Shown in pieces: positions 19,323 through 31,700 of a stretch of DNA of 64,000 nucleotides; position 1 is the stretch's first letter; each line of letters begins with the position of its first letter. The position numbers and the translations under genes were made by a program. Source of the stretch: Candidatus Woesearchaeota archaeon (GTDB lineage Archaea > Nanobdellota > Nanobdellia > Woesearchaeales > DSVV01); assembly GCA_018303325.1 (NCBI GenBank), contig JAGVYH010000001.1, positions 24,849 through 88,848 of the forward strand, read 5' to 3'. The notes beneath the pieces are model-generated. The model was not told the DNA's origin. It saw only the letters and a program-made list of their open reading frames with translations, and searched no databases.

Positions 19323-21374
19323 CTACACCTTTAGTTGAGAATTGTTAAAATTACTGATAACAAGAGTAATAAACCAAATTAATCCAATTAAACTTAATAT
19401 AATCCCTACATAATCAATGAGGATCATCTTGTATACTATCTCAATCTCGCCTTTAGCATATATAAGCATTAAATAAGGTGTTGCTTTGAAAACCTCTATT
19501 TCTTTTTTATTACCTGCATTGTCATAAACATATGCTTTCCAATTTAGGAAATAGGTCATTTTTATTAAAATTGGAACCTTTTCTTCTGAGTCAACAAAAA
19601 ATCGAATATAATCTTCATTCTTTGTTTTTTTAATATATGTAATCTTTTCTTCTCCATTTCCTTTCAATTTGGGTAATTTTTCATGATTATGATTAAATAC
19701 TTTTACTCTAAGATTATCATAAGACAAAAACCATTTTATGCTTTCATAATCCCAATATAATTTTTTATCATTCTCTTCCAAAGAAAGTTCTTGTGGTGTA
19801 TAATTTAATACCTCAATCATTGAGGAATTATCTATTTGATATAATGAATAATTTAATCCCTTATATTTTACATCTGCCTCTTTAACAAGAGTTAATTGTT
19901 CATATTCTGTGTAACTGTCATTAAAATTCTCTAATGGTTTTGCAGATAAAAGATAGTTCACATTGTATAATCTTAATTGATTTTTTAGAATATCTTTTGT
20001 GATGTTAGGATTATCAGTATATGTGCCCCATTGTATATAGCTTCCATTAAATGCTATTCTAATATCCTGCAGATATCTTCCATTTGGAGATGATTCAACA
20101 AATAACCCAATAGTTCCTTTGTTTTTCGTCATCATTACATATTGATGTTCAGAAAGATGCACTGAAGATTGCTCTCCAATCTCCACCAAACTTAATGTTC
20201 TTCCATCTGCCAGATTATTTAAGTTACTAAATTCTGACATATCCACGTCTTTAACTCCTTTAGGTATTGTTTGAGGAATACTTATCTTAAGGGAGATAAA
20301 ACAAATAAGAACAACAACGAGAAGTATAATATTCCAGTCTACTCTATGTATGTGCTTGTCTAATATCTCTAATATAAAAACAAGCATAATAGGAATAAAC
20401 AAATAAAAAAAGAGAAAAAATCTGTAATAATGAATAGATATACCTAACAATCTTCCACCAACAATGAAGAATAACAAACATAACAAAAAGATGATGATTG
20501 GAATATATTTTTGTTCATAATAAAAACAAACTAAAAGGATAAGAATAAGAAAAATTACAGAAATAATAAATAAGAGTAGTGGAAAATATGCTCCAATTGT
20601 TATTGAGGTTAGATATTTTAACTTAAATATAAATGGAATTGTCCAGAATGAAGTTAGTAATCCAGTTAATATTAAATGCTTGCACATAAACATTGCCTTT
20701 TCTCTTTTAAGCCATAGTACATAAACAAAAAATGAGAAAAAGACAAAGAAAGCAGCTAATGCAGTAAAGATGTGTGTTAAAATAATTAAACTGAATAAGA
20801 CACTAATCAAAATATATTCTTTGTTTTCTTTCTTTTCAAGAGATGTATTTAAGATAGAAACATAAAAGAAAAATATATGTAAGGCCATAATGTTTGTAAC
20901 CAAACCAACATTAAAAATTCCTTTATAACTTCCACCAATGCCTTGTTCCAGAATATATAATATAGAAAACATAATCAATGTGATTATAGAGGATTTTAGT
21001 TTATCCCATTTAAAGCTTCTCGCAAAATAATAGAAAGAAAATGGAATCAACACTAATGTTATTACAATAGTAAGCTTAAATGCCCATTCTAATCCAAAAA
21101 TATAACTTAATGCCGCTGTTAAATATGAATGCAATGGAGGATAAAATTGATTTTGTGGGTATCCTGCATAAAACATATGATTCCACCCAAAAACGTGAGG
21201 AAATAAATATTCTTTAGTAAACCATGCAGAAAAATAATGTCCAGCCATATCCCAAACAAAAAGATTATTATACCTCAAAAAAGGAATAATTTGAAATACC
21301 AAAATTATTAATTGAATAAAACCAAGCAGGATTAGATAAAAATATTTTTCTAAGAAATATTTAAATGAGTTCAT
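19323..21374 (-). CDS. GT-C-like membrane protein (PTPS-related membrane protein family)
   Basis: WDMAGH, GW...YAGYP..QFYPPL, GLFVESS and ILIKMTYF.NWKAY motifs. Confidence 0.75.
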   Translation of the reverse strand: MNSFKYFLEKYFYLILLGFIQLIILVFQIIPFLRYNNLFVWDMAGHYFSAWFTKEYLFPHVFGWNHMFYAGYPQNQFYPPLHSYLTAALSYIFGLEWAFKLTIVITLVLIPFSFYYFARSFKWDKLKSSIITLIMFSILYILEQGIGGSYKGIFNVGLVTNIMALHIFFFYVSILNTSLEKKENKEYILISVLFSLIILTHIFTALAAFFVFFSFFVYVLWLKREKAMFMCKHLILTGLLTSFWTIPFIFKLKYLTSITIGAYFPLLLFIISVIFLILILLVCFYYEQKYIPIIIFLLCLLFFIVGGRLLGISIHYYRFFLFFYLFIPIMLVFILEILDKHIHRVDWNIILLVVVLICFISLKISIPQTIPKGVKDVDMSEFSNLNNLADGRTLSLVEIGEQSSVHLSEHQYVMMTKNKGTIGLFVESSPNGRYLQDIRIAFNGSYIQWGTYTDNPNITKDILKNQLRLYNVNYLLSAKPLENFNDSYTEYEQLTLVKEADVKYKGLNYSLYQIDNSSMIEVLNYTPQELSLEENDKKLYWDYESIKWFLSYDNLRVKVFNHNHEKLPKLKGNGEEKITYIKKTKNEDYIRFFVDSEEKVPILIKMTYFLNWKAYVYDNAGNKKEIEVFKATPYLMLIYAKGEIEIVYKMILIDYVGIILSLIGLIWFITLVISNFNNSQLKV

Positions 21375-21385
21375 GATATCCTTAT

Positions 21386-21943
21386 TTATTTTGCATCATT
21401 AATGTTTCCATTACCACTTCCAGAGCCAGTTCCACTTCCAGTAAATTGTGACAAAAGAGGATTCATACAATCTACACATACTTCTAAACTAACTGATAAT
21501 TGTTGTGTAGTAGTGTCATAAGATCCAACTATTAGTTTATACCATACACCATTATATAAAAATGTGTTTTCACTATTTGGTTCAACATTTGTAAGCATAT
21601 TATTTTGGTCTAATGTTATTTGTGTCGCCTTCCCCACCACCACATCACCATACTTCACCAACATCAATACACCTAATAGTATTATCAGTATCAGCGCAGC
21701 ATACAGGAATATTCCCCAGTAATGTATCTGGGTTTGCGGATTGGTAACGCTTACTGGTGTTTTGGGCGCTTTTGATTTGGTTTGCGCTCTTGTAAAGCTT
21801 ACTGAGGTTTTGGGCGCTTTTATTCGAGTTTGTTGATTAACGCTTAATGGAGTTTGTGGCGCTGTTATCTTGGTTTGTTTAGAAAGATTTAATTTCTTTA
21901 CTTGTGTTTGTTTTATTTTAGCCTTTTTTAGTATAATATTCAT
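21386..21943 (-). CDS. Membrane-anchored protein with 16-aa N-terminal repeats (paralog of 16585-17046)
   Basis: KAPKTPVSV repeats, TM plus VGKA, and GSG tail ending NDAK. Confidence 0.75.
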   Translation of the reverse strand: MNIILKKAKIKQTQVKKLNLSKQTKITAPQTPLSVNQQTRIKAPKTSVSFTRAQTKSKAPKTPVSVTNPQTQIHYWGIFLYAALILIILLGVLMLVKYGDVVVGKATQITLDQNNMLTNVEPNSENTFLYNGVWYKLIVGSYDTTTQQLSVSLEVCVDCMNPLLSQFTGSGTGSGSGNGNINDAK

Positions 21944-22121
21944 TTATTTTATTTATTCATTTATATATCTTTTTATTATTTTTTTTAATTTTTATATTAC
22001 TTCATTGTATTTCTGGCATTAAAAGAGGGTATCAATAAAAATTTACGTCACTTACTATACATACAAAAACAACCGAAAGATTTATATATTATATGTAATA
22101 AACATTACCTATTAAGTATTA

Positions 22122-22922
22122 ATGATGACAAAAAAAACAAGAAAAGGATTAGGAGAGAAATCTGCGATAGTATTATCTACACTCTCTGAAAAAAACAAGA
22201 ATATCTTTAATGTAGATGATGTTGCAGCGATTCTTCATGAGAAAAGATCGTCAATAATTAAACTTCTTCATGATTTAACTAAGAAAAGATGGCTTTTTCG
22301 CATAAGTAAAGGAATATATCTTATTCTCCCATTAGAAGCTGGGGCAATGCCAAAGTTTACTGAACATGAATTTATACTTGCATCCAGACTAATTTCACCA
22401 TATTACATCTCTTATTGGTCAGCTCTGAATTATTATGGCTTAACTGAACAGGTCTCCAAAACTATTTTCATCGCTACACTTAAAAGAAAATTAGAAAAGG
22501 AAATAATGGGATTAAAATTCAGGTTTATCACCCTCAACAAAAATAAATTTTTTGGATTCAAAGCGATGCAGTTAAACAATCATATTATCAAAATCGCAGA
22601 AGTAGAAAAAGCTATTATTGATTGTTTGGATTTGCCTCGAAATTGCGGGGGGATAGTTGAAGTAATTAAAGCTATTGATGAAGCTAAAAAAGAAATAGAT
22701 TTTAATAAATTAATAGCTTACGCAAAAAAAATGCAGAATGCAGCAATTCTTAATCGTTTGGGATATATATTAGAATTATTAGGGATTAAAGCTAATATAA
22801 AGCCAAGCAAACATTATGTTATGCTTGATACTATCAGTAAAAAGAAAGGAATATATAACAAAAAATGGAAAATTGTTGAGAATGTTTCAAGGGAAGAACT
22901 ATTATCTTGGAGGGAGCATTAA
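22122..22922 (+). CDS. abiEi: Type IV TA antitoxin AbiEi-family transcriptional regulator
   Basis: wHTH; YYISYWSALNYYGLTEQ; EKAIIDCL; RLGYILE. Confidence 0.88.
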   Translation: MMTKKTRKGLGEKSAIVLSTLSEKNKNIFNVDDVAAILHEKRSSIIKLLHDLTKKRWLFRISKGIYLILPLEAGAMPKFTEHEFILASRLISPYYISYWSALNYYGLTEQVSKTIFIATLKRKLEKEIMGLKFRFITLNKNKFFGFKAMQLNNHIIKIAEVEKAIIDCLDLPRNCGGIVEVIKAIDEAKKEIDFNKLIAYAKKMQNAAILNRLGYILELLGIKANIKPSKHYVMLDTISKKKGIYNKKWKIVENVSREELLSWREH

Positions 22923-23713
22923 TGATACCTCTTGCTGAACTAAAACGGATTGCTGCTAAGAATAGTGTAGCTTTAAGTGTAGTTGAGAAAGATTATGCGA
23001 TTACATGGATATTATATGCTTTGGCAGAAACAATGTTCAAAGAGTGTTTTATTTTTAAAGGGGGTACTGCATTAAGAAAAGTATATTTCCCTGCATGGCG
23101 CTACTCTGAAGATTTAGATTTTACAGCAACTAAACTTTTGAATGAAATAGAAGTTAAAGAATTAATTAGCTCAGTTAATTACTATCTTTATGAAAAAATT
23201 AAGATGAGTATAACATATAAATCTTTGTATCTTAATCCAGAATATGCTCAGCTTAAAATTCAGTTTTTGGGACCATTAAATCGCGAAAATACTATAAAGC
23301 TAGATATCAGCTTTAGTGAATTCCTAGTTTTGCCACCAGAAAATAAGCTTATCCACTCAGAATATTCAGATAAAGAAAAACACTTCTTGTATGTTTATTC
23401 ATTGGAAGAAAGCTTAGCAGAAAAAATTAGAAGTATTTTACAGCGAGGAAAAACAAGAGATTATTATGATGTATGGAGAATATTAAAGTGGCATTATAAG
23501 TTGATAAATAAAACAAAAACCAAAGAAATTTTAAATCAAAAGTGCAAATTCAAAAATATTATATGTAATGAAAAACTTCTTTTTGGCCAAGAAAAAGTGG
23601 ATAATGCAAAAAAACATTGGGAAAAAGGATTAGGATACCAAATTAATGATTTACCAGATTTTGATATTGTTATAACTGAATGTAAATACTTACTAATGCA
23701 ATTTTTGAAGTGA
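22922..23713 (+). CDS. abiEii: AbiEii-family nucleotidyltransferase toxin
   Basis: VEKDY, FKGGTAL, RYSEDLDF, AEKIRS and RDYYD motifs; likely start is the ATG overlapping the AbiEi stop (TAATG). Confidence 0.9.
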   Translation: MIPLAELKRIAAKNSVALSVVEKDYAITWILYALAETMFKECFIFKGGTALRKVYFPAWRYSEDLDFTATKLLNEIEVKELISSVNYYLYEKIKMSITYKSLYLNPEYAQLKIQFLGPLNRENTIKLDISFSEFLVLPPENKLIHSEYSDKEKHFLYVYSLEESLAEKIRSILQRGKTRDYYDVWRILKWHYKLINKTKTKEILNQKCKFKNIICNEKLLFGQEKVDNAKKHWEKGLGYQINDLPDFDIVITECKYLLMQFLK

Positions 23714-23716
23714 CCT

Positions 23717-23962
23717 CTTCCCCACCACCACATCACCATACTTCACCAACATCAATACACCTAATAGTATTATCAGTATCAACGCAGCATACAGGAATAT
23801 TCCCCAGTAATGTATCTGGGTTTGCGGATTGGTAACGCTTACTGGTGTTTTTGGCGCTTTTGTTCGAGTTTGTTGATTAACGCTTAATGGAGTTTGTGGC
23901 GCTGTTATCTTGGTTTGTTTAGAAAGATTTAATTTCTTTACTTGTGTTTGTTTTATTTTAGC
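23717..23962 (-). pseudogene. Truncated duplicate of the 5' half of gene 21386-21943 (direct repeat of 21629-21922)
   Basis: Near-identical sequence lacking one 48 bp repeat unit; ends at the VVGK codons. Confidence 0.85.
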
Positions 23963-24205
23963 ATTTTATTTATTTATTTATATATTTTTATGTTATTTTT
24001 CATTCTTCATAGTTTTGGCATTAAAAAATGATACTAAATAGAAATATTTAAATAATAGTATGCATTCATACTGCATAATTTACATAAAAAGTATGCAGTG
24101 GTGATTTTGGGGATTATATATTCACTTACTGAATATTTAATTATTCACTTAGTGAATATATAGCAAAGCTGACAATTTAAGAGCATGCCCAATACATAAC
24201 TTTTT

Positions 24206-25630
24206 TTATTGCCTTCTCAGCTCTTTTGCCATATCCTTTAGGTCAAATAAAAGAACATTTTTCTGCCCAACTTTTTTCTTAAATGATTTTGCAATGATGC
24301 AAAAATGCTCTTCCCGTTTATTTTTATGCCAGTTTACATAAGCAGATTTCTCTTTCAATTGTTTCAATATTTCTTCTGCGTCTACATTCTCTTTCCATTT
24401 GCATTCTACAAACAGTATTTTGCCCTGCTTTGAAACACCCAAAAAATCAATTTCTATTTCTTTTCTCTCATCCCATTCACGCTTATATCCCCACCAATTG
24501 CTGAGATATTCAATAGTGAATGGCAGTTTTTTATTTGTGTTAAGATGAATAAGAAACTCCCTGCATATCTCTTCAAATCTTCGCCCAAAAAAAGCATTAA
24601 ATTGGTGCGTTATATTTTCAATTAATTGCTCAGTATTCTGCAATGAATAATAAGAAAACTGGTCATAGACAAAAACAAACCAAAATTCTATTAATGGGTG
24701 ATTCAGAAAATACCTTGTGTTTTTTTTGTTATCTATTGGTTTTACTGATTTTATTAAGCTAAATCTCTCTTCAAGCTCGCGCAAATGCCTTGTTATTGAG
24801 CTTTCTTTCATATGAACATTGCTGGCAATTTCATTTAATTTTGCTTTTCCTACAGCAATAGAATGGATTATAGAATAATATAAAGAGCTGCGTTTACCAA
24901 ATTCCTGTTTAAGAATATCACTAACTTCTGTTCCAAGGGGAGCGTTTTCTTGTATAAACAAATATTTGATGACACTGGCATAGTCTTTATCAAACAATTC
25001 AAACTGTTCCATAGCAGCATAATACTTAGGAAAACCGCCAAATATGCCGTAAATCCGCAGCATTTCAGCAAAATTTTTATATTTTAAAATCTGAAGTGTT
25101 TCAATGCTGTATTGGAGGGTAAACGGCTGCAGGTTTATTTTTGCTGATATTCTTCCGTAAAGAGGCTGTTTCTTATCCTCAAATATCTTTCTAAAGAGCC
25201 CAATAAGCGAGCCGAGCATGATCAAATTCAAAGGAGTTTCTTTGTATTCATCGCAATTCTTTTGAAGTATTGAGAAGACTGTTTTGTCCGCATTCTGAAA
25301 GTTTTGAAATTCATCAAAAACAATAACATATTTTTTGCATCTTGTGAATATTACCTCAAAAAAAGTATACCATGAGGTGATTGCTTCAAGAGGAGCAATA
25401 ATCTTTTGTTTCCTCAATTCTTCGCTGAATTCTCTAAGAAGTTCTAACGATGTTTTTGAGTCATAGACAAAGAAATAAAGTGCTTTCTTGTCTTTGATAA
25501 ACTCTTTTATCAATGTTGTTTTTCCTACTCTTCGCAATCCAGAGACTGCTACTGTAAAAAGCCGCTTTTGTGAAAAGCTGTAATATTCATTTAATATCTT
25601 CAATTCCTGTTTTCTATTTATGAATTTCAT
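24206..25630 (-). CDS. Archaeal AAA ATPase with wHTH and DUF234 PD-(D/E)xK domain
   Basis: FINRKQEL, GLRRVGKT, VFDEFQ, GGFPKY and EIDF...VECKW motifs. Confidence 0.92.
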   Translation of the reverse strand: MKFINRKQELKILNEYYSFSQKRLFTVAVSGLRRVGKTTLIKEFIKDKKALYFFVYDSKTSLELLREFSEELRKQKIIAPLEAITSWYTFFEVIFTRCKKYVIVFDEFQNFQNADKTVFSILQKNCDEYKETPLNLIMLGSLIGLFRKIFEDKKQPLYGRISAKINLQPFTLQYSIETLQILKYKNFAEMLRIYGIFGGFPKYYAAMEQFELFDKDYASVIKYLFIQENAPLGTEVSDILKQEFGKRSSLYYSIIHSIAVGKAKLNEIASNVHMKESSITRHLRELEERFSLIKSVKPIDNKKNTRYFLNHPLIEFWFVFVYDQFSYYSLQNTEQLIENITHQFNAFFGRRFEEICREFLIHLNTNKKLPFTIEYLSNWWGYKREWDERKEIEIDFLGVSKQGKILFVECKWKENVDAEEILKQLKEKSAYVNWHKNKREEHFCIIAKSFKKKVGQKNVLLFDLKDMAKELRRQ

Positions 25631-25752
25631 AGATATATATTCACCTACTGAATATTCAGTTAGTGAATATTTATAAAGTTTTCTGTTTTATATGATTTTA
25701 ACGTTAAGATGCCACTCTTCCTTTCCCAAACACATCATTAATTATCTCCTAT

Positions 25753-28700
25753 TTATCCTTTAAACACGCCATCAATAATCTTCTTATTCCATCCCTTTTC
25801 AAGCAATGCTTCTTTTATCGCTGTCTTGGACATGCCTCTTGATAAATAATAATTAATGTACTTTTTTAGCTGCTCATCATAAGTCTTTGGCAGCAGCTCA
25901 TGAAGAGAATTCTCAAAAAGATAATTCACTTTCTCATGCGGATATCCTTTGGCTTTAAGCGCTTCATTTATTTCATGCTTTGATTTGCCTTCATCCAGCA
26001 ATTTCTTGATTTCATCTTTGATTACATTGTCAAATTCAGTAAATATTTCTTTTTTCAGTGGCATTGGCTTGTTAGATAGTTTAGACGGCTTTCCAAACTC
26101 TGCCTCTAATTCTTTTGAAAGCTTTAAGCCCTCAATTGGCGGCAAACCTTTTAATCCTTTGAGTCCATTTAATCCTTTGCTCATTGGAGGAATTGGCTTA
26201 TGCTGGGCTTGATATTGTGAATAACCGACGTAAAACAAAACACCAATTAAAGGAATTAATAATAATAATAATAACAGCCAGTAATAATTGAATCCTTTTG
26301 GCTGCTCAAGAATAGGTGTGCATGATTTGCAAGGTCCACCACAATCAACATCTGTTTCACCCTGATTAATTATATTGTCATAACACGTTGCTTCCTGCTT
26401 ACCTTGGCATGGCGCGCAGGTTTTCCCGCCGCAATCCACGTTAGTTTCATCCTGATTTTTGAATCCGTCGTAACAGGCAGCTTGTTTGCACCAACCATTT
26501 TTACAGAATCCAGACTTGCAGTTTTCATTTACAGAACATTTCTTGTCGTCGAGACATTTAGCGCAGTTATTAGCACCAGTGCCACCAGCGCCGCCTGCAG
26601 TACTGCTGCCTCCGCAATCAACATCTGTTTCGCCCTGATTTTGTTTCTTGTCAGTGCAGGTTGCAGGGCATTGAGCAGAGCATGGCCCTCCACAGTCAAC
26701 ACCTTCTTCAAACAAATCCTTAATTTTATTGTTGCATCCTTGCGCATAACTCGGCGCATTGCCCTCGCAGGGCTCAACAAACAGTCTCATGCCGCAGTCA
26801 TTTGTAGAATTGCAGGTAAATATTTTTGTCGGATAGCTTAAATTACCCTGCAAAACACACGGCGTGTATTTATATTTGAGTTTGCATTTGTCGTCAACCA
26901 AAGGCGAGCAAGTTTTCTCATAACTTGAGCCGCCACTGCCTGTCGAAGAGGATTGTGCTGCTGTACTTTCAAATACTTTTGGAATCTCAAATTCCTTGCC
27001 TGTGTCTAAATCTAATTTTTTGAATGTTGGTTCTTTTATAGTGAATGGCGCTGACACAGCAGGTTTTGCGCCTGATAATCCTGCTGCCTTAAACGCAGTA
27101 ATTGTGTATGGATTTAAGTCTTTTTTTGTGGTTGATTGAACTTTGTCTGTAATATTCGCCAAAAGATAGAGTAATGTTAATCCGTCTTTGTCTGTGTAAG
27201 AAACATCCTTGTCGTCAACAACATTGTCTTCATTAACGTCAACCATACCTCCAAATTGATTAAGCTCGTCAGCATTGCTGGTTATCTCAATGCTTGCGCT
27301 CTCGACAGGGCTCATTGTGTCAGTGCTTTTGACGACGTTAGCTGTTAATGTCCAGTATCTTTTGATGTTGGCGTTGGCAAGCTGTTTGTCTGTATCACTT
27401 AAACTTTCGTCTGTATAAAAATAAACGTCGTCGAAGAATGTGTCGTAGAATTTGAATATTGGAACATTTGTTGACTGTAATTTAATTATAATGTCTTTGT
27501 TATTTATTGATTTCAAGAAATTTAAATTATCATCAGTTATTGCTAAGTCAATTAAGTGTTTACTATTACTTAAATTAGAGAGAGAAATTGTTGCGCTGTT
27601 AAGTTCATTATCAGCAAATGAATTATATTGGTTATTGGTTATGTTTGAATTCAATATGTAGGGAGAAGTTTTCCCTTTCACTTTTAATCCAATCAGATTA
27701 TCATAAATAATATTATTCGACAATGTAATACTTTTTATATTGAAAATGTCAACAGCAACAGTATTATCTCTTAATCCATTTCTGTCAATTACAAACATAT
27801 TTGAATCTCCTGCGGCAATTCCTGTGTTAAATTTTGAGATATTGCAGTTTGAGATTACTGCATTTTTGCCAACTGCTGAAATACCTATACTTCCTTTTGA
27901 GATTGTTTTGTCATATTCAGTTTCTGGTCCAATAATATTTACATTATTTTGGCAGATTAATGCAACCTTGTCTTTTGTGATTTTTATTGCGCCGTCATTA
28001 TTTGCATCGTTAATAGTGTAAGTTCCAGCGCAGATAAGTGTTGGTTCTGTTATTTCCATGTCGTCTGTGACTTCATTATTTACCCCCTTTTTAAAACCTT
28101 TACATACAAGACATTTTCCAAATGCGCAAGATTCTCCAGCGCCACAATCAGCGTCGTTAGTGCATGGATTATAATCACAAACACTTACAAGTTTATCATC
28201 AATTATTTTATCAGAGAGCAAGCATTTCTTTGGTGCATCGCAGTCAGTATCTGTTGTGCATACTTCTAAACCGCATAAAAATGAATTATATTCTGCTTCT
28301 AATGCATCTGTTGATATCAAAAACCCTTCATTTGTCGTCAGATAACTTTTCACTTTCCAATTGCCGCAGTCGCCGTGGATTGAGGGCAGGATTATATTTT
28401 TCTTTAAGGCTTGACCACTTGCTCCAATTACACCTTTAAGTTCGCCCCCCAATTCGAATAAGTGGGCATAGTTTGCTTGGATTTGTTCGGGAGACAGCAC
28501 TTTGTTGTAGATTTTGAACTCGTCAATGAGACCTTTGAAACCATTATCTTGTTTCATATTTTCAGTTACATATTCTTTTGGAAACGTTCCTAAGTACAAT
28601 CCATTATTATTAAATATTAAATCTTCATTGCCTGTAAAATCATCATTATCTACATTTGTTATTTTAACATTATCAACATAAAATTCTAATTTACTTGTTG

Positions 28701-31700
28701 TTTTATCGAATATACCAACAAAGTGATGCCATGAATATAATGGATTCAATGTTGATTCAATTGTTTTGACAGGAATAGATGTTTTTTTGCCATTGATATC
28801 TACATTTTTAAAAAGCATAAAAACAAAATTATTCTTTATTATACCATCTTCTTCTTTTTTGTTTGCTCCTATTAAAAATCCTTCATTCTTATTTGCTCTT
28901 ACAATTAACATATTATCTTGCGTAATAGCAATATTAAACAAAAACTCAATACTTATTTCATCAACATTGTCTAAATTTTGTGTGGAAGGTATTTTGATAA
29001 ACTCATCACCACTAAACTTCATCGCCTTTCCAACACCATCATCTACTAATTCTGGAGCATTTTGTCCTGTTTCATCGCCTGCATAAGCGATTAAATTGTT
29101 GCCACTGATATCTTTTAACTTGTACATTTCATTTCCTGTTGTATCCCACTTATTCATAGGAAGATTTAACACCGTCAAAGATGTATAGTCAACAAACCAA
29201 TTGTATGCTACACCAGTTACAAAGGATTCATAATCTTTTGTTGTTGCAACAAGATTATTATTCTCGTTAACACTTAAAGAGACTGTTGCAGATGTTTTTG
29301 GAATAATTGTTGAGAAGTCGATAAGTGTTAAATGGGGATATTTGTCGAGTAAGTCATATTTAAGGTCATTATCATTAACTTTGAATTGGTAAGCCTTATC
29401 GCAGAATTCATCGTTGCCTTTATCTGCATCTTCATAAACATCTTTATAATTTTGAAATATATCCGAACAGGCAGTTTTAACTACATCAGAATAATCCTCC
29501 CAATAATTTCCGTATCCGTCTTTATACAACATTACTTGGCTATCAGGAGTATCAGCATTATTTTCAAGCAAATCAAATTGGACTGGTGGGTGATGGACAG
29601 TATTAGTATTCTTAAAAATATTGTTGAAAATATAACTCACGTCTGTGCTGCTTGGATTAATGAATAATAGATTCCAATCTTTATTAAATTCGAAAGTGTT
29701 TAATTTAATTTCTGCACTTATTCCTGTTTGCTCATCTTCCTGATTTAATTGCAGCCCAATATTATTCTCCTTAAATGTATTACCTTTGATTCCAACATTT
29801 TTAGAGCCAACTGCAAGCAAACCATTATCATAATTCGTTAATGTGCATCCTTCGACATTAACATTGTCTTTTTGGTTTATGTAGATACCTGCGCCTTGTT
29901 TATTTCCATTTATTTCATTACCTTTAAATTGTGTACCTTTGCATTTAAGGTTTATGGGTGTAATCGCATCTACATCAAATTGTATTATTCCTTTTTTTCC
30001 TTCTGTTTCAAAATCACCATCGTATATTTCATACAAACCAGAGCAGAAGGTTGTGTCTTTGTTGATGAGGATGTTTGTGTATTCGTTTTGCCCATTATCT
30101 GGATTGACTTTTATAGGAAGAAGAGGTATTAACTCTGTGTAAATTGAAGATGATGGTTCAAATATTTTATAGTTAATATTATAATCAACAGGAGGCGAGA
30201 TGCAGTCGTCGTTGAATTCAACTGCAATATTTTGCTGTGAAATTAAATCTGTTATTATGTTTTTATCTAATTTTATAACAATACCCTGATCATCCTTTCC
30301 ATAAGTTATAGAATATGTATATGATTTTTGAAGTTCTTTTACATTATTTACTTTTTTAGTGAAACCATAAAGATAAATATTCTGGTTCAATGGCACGTTT
30401 GCTATACCATATAAGGCTCGGACAACATCAATTTTATTGTTTGCAGTTGTATCATCAACATTAATCTGCGCCATTTCGAGAGGTTCTGTTTTTTCTGTAT
30501 TTGCTGCATCAATATATTTTCTTTTTATGTCGAAGGTGAGGGGGTAATACATGTAGGCAGAAGAAGGTTCATCGTTAATGTATATTAAACTATCTGCTAC
30601 ATTGTAAAGGTAATTATTCGTTGAACTACCAAATAAGATGAAATTATCTATTTGTGGAAAAAGGTTTTCATAAAATTTGTTGTTTAAACTATTACTAATT
30701 ATTATACCTACTTTCTTCAATAATAAATTAGGTGAAACTGGTTTTCCTTCATTCTGAATAAAATCGTTATTTGAAATTATGTTATTATCAGAATTTTCAA
30801 TTTCCAAAACCAATTTATTATTTTTAAATACATTTTTATCTATAACAAGATTATTCACATTATTCTTAACTGCAACTGCTTTGTTAAAACCATTTAAGTT
30901 ATTATCAACGAAATAGGATTCAGTTACAGTATGAAAGGAAACTCCTGTTGTTGTATCTGCTTGATCTACTATAGCAGAAGTAATTAAATTATTGCTTACT
31001 ATGATATTTGAGGAACTGCTCACAACAATACTGCCTTGTTGACTTTGCGCATTCTCTAATCTGTTTCCATAAACAGTTCCTTCATCCAAATTGAGCACAA
31101 TGATGTAAGTAGAATATGCAGGCATATTATTCGCAGATTTAAAATAATTCTTTGTAATTCTTATTTTAGGAACAGCATTTTCGTCAATAATTGGACCTGA
31201 TAAAGAAACTAATGAATTCGTAAATAAATTATTTGAAATTATTACTTCACCATCAAAGCTAGGAATAAAGATACCCATCAACTGTTCATTATTATTCTCA
31301 AAAGTGTTCCCTATAATTTTTGCAGTAGGGAATTCTAAACCTTGCTCATCGCCTGCATTTTCTTTGAGGTTATTAAGTTTTATAGCGGCAACATTGTTTT
31401 TGAAGGTATTATGAAAGATTTCTATATCACTAGTATCTGCAGTAAATGCACCATTAATTGCAGTATTAAACCCTTCAAATGTGCAGCCAGAGATTATAAA
31501 ATTACCGTGAGAACTTTCTTTTAATTCAACTGCAACATCATTGTAATTATTGGCTTTAATTATAGTACCTTTTTCACAAAAAAATTTGCCTTGATCAGCT
31601 AGTTTTATTGGTCCTTGTAGGTCATAAGTACCTGCACATATTGGTGTAATACTATCATCATTAGAACCTGTAAAATAATATCCGTTTGTTAAATCGTCTT

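Noticed and set aside
21629-23962. Diversity-generating retroelement TR/VR pair
   Set aside because: The few differences are not adenine-specific, the repeat is at the gene 5' end, and no reverse transcriptase is present.
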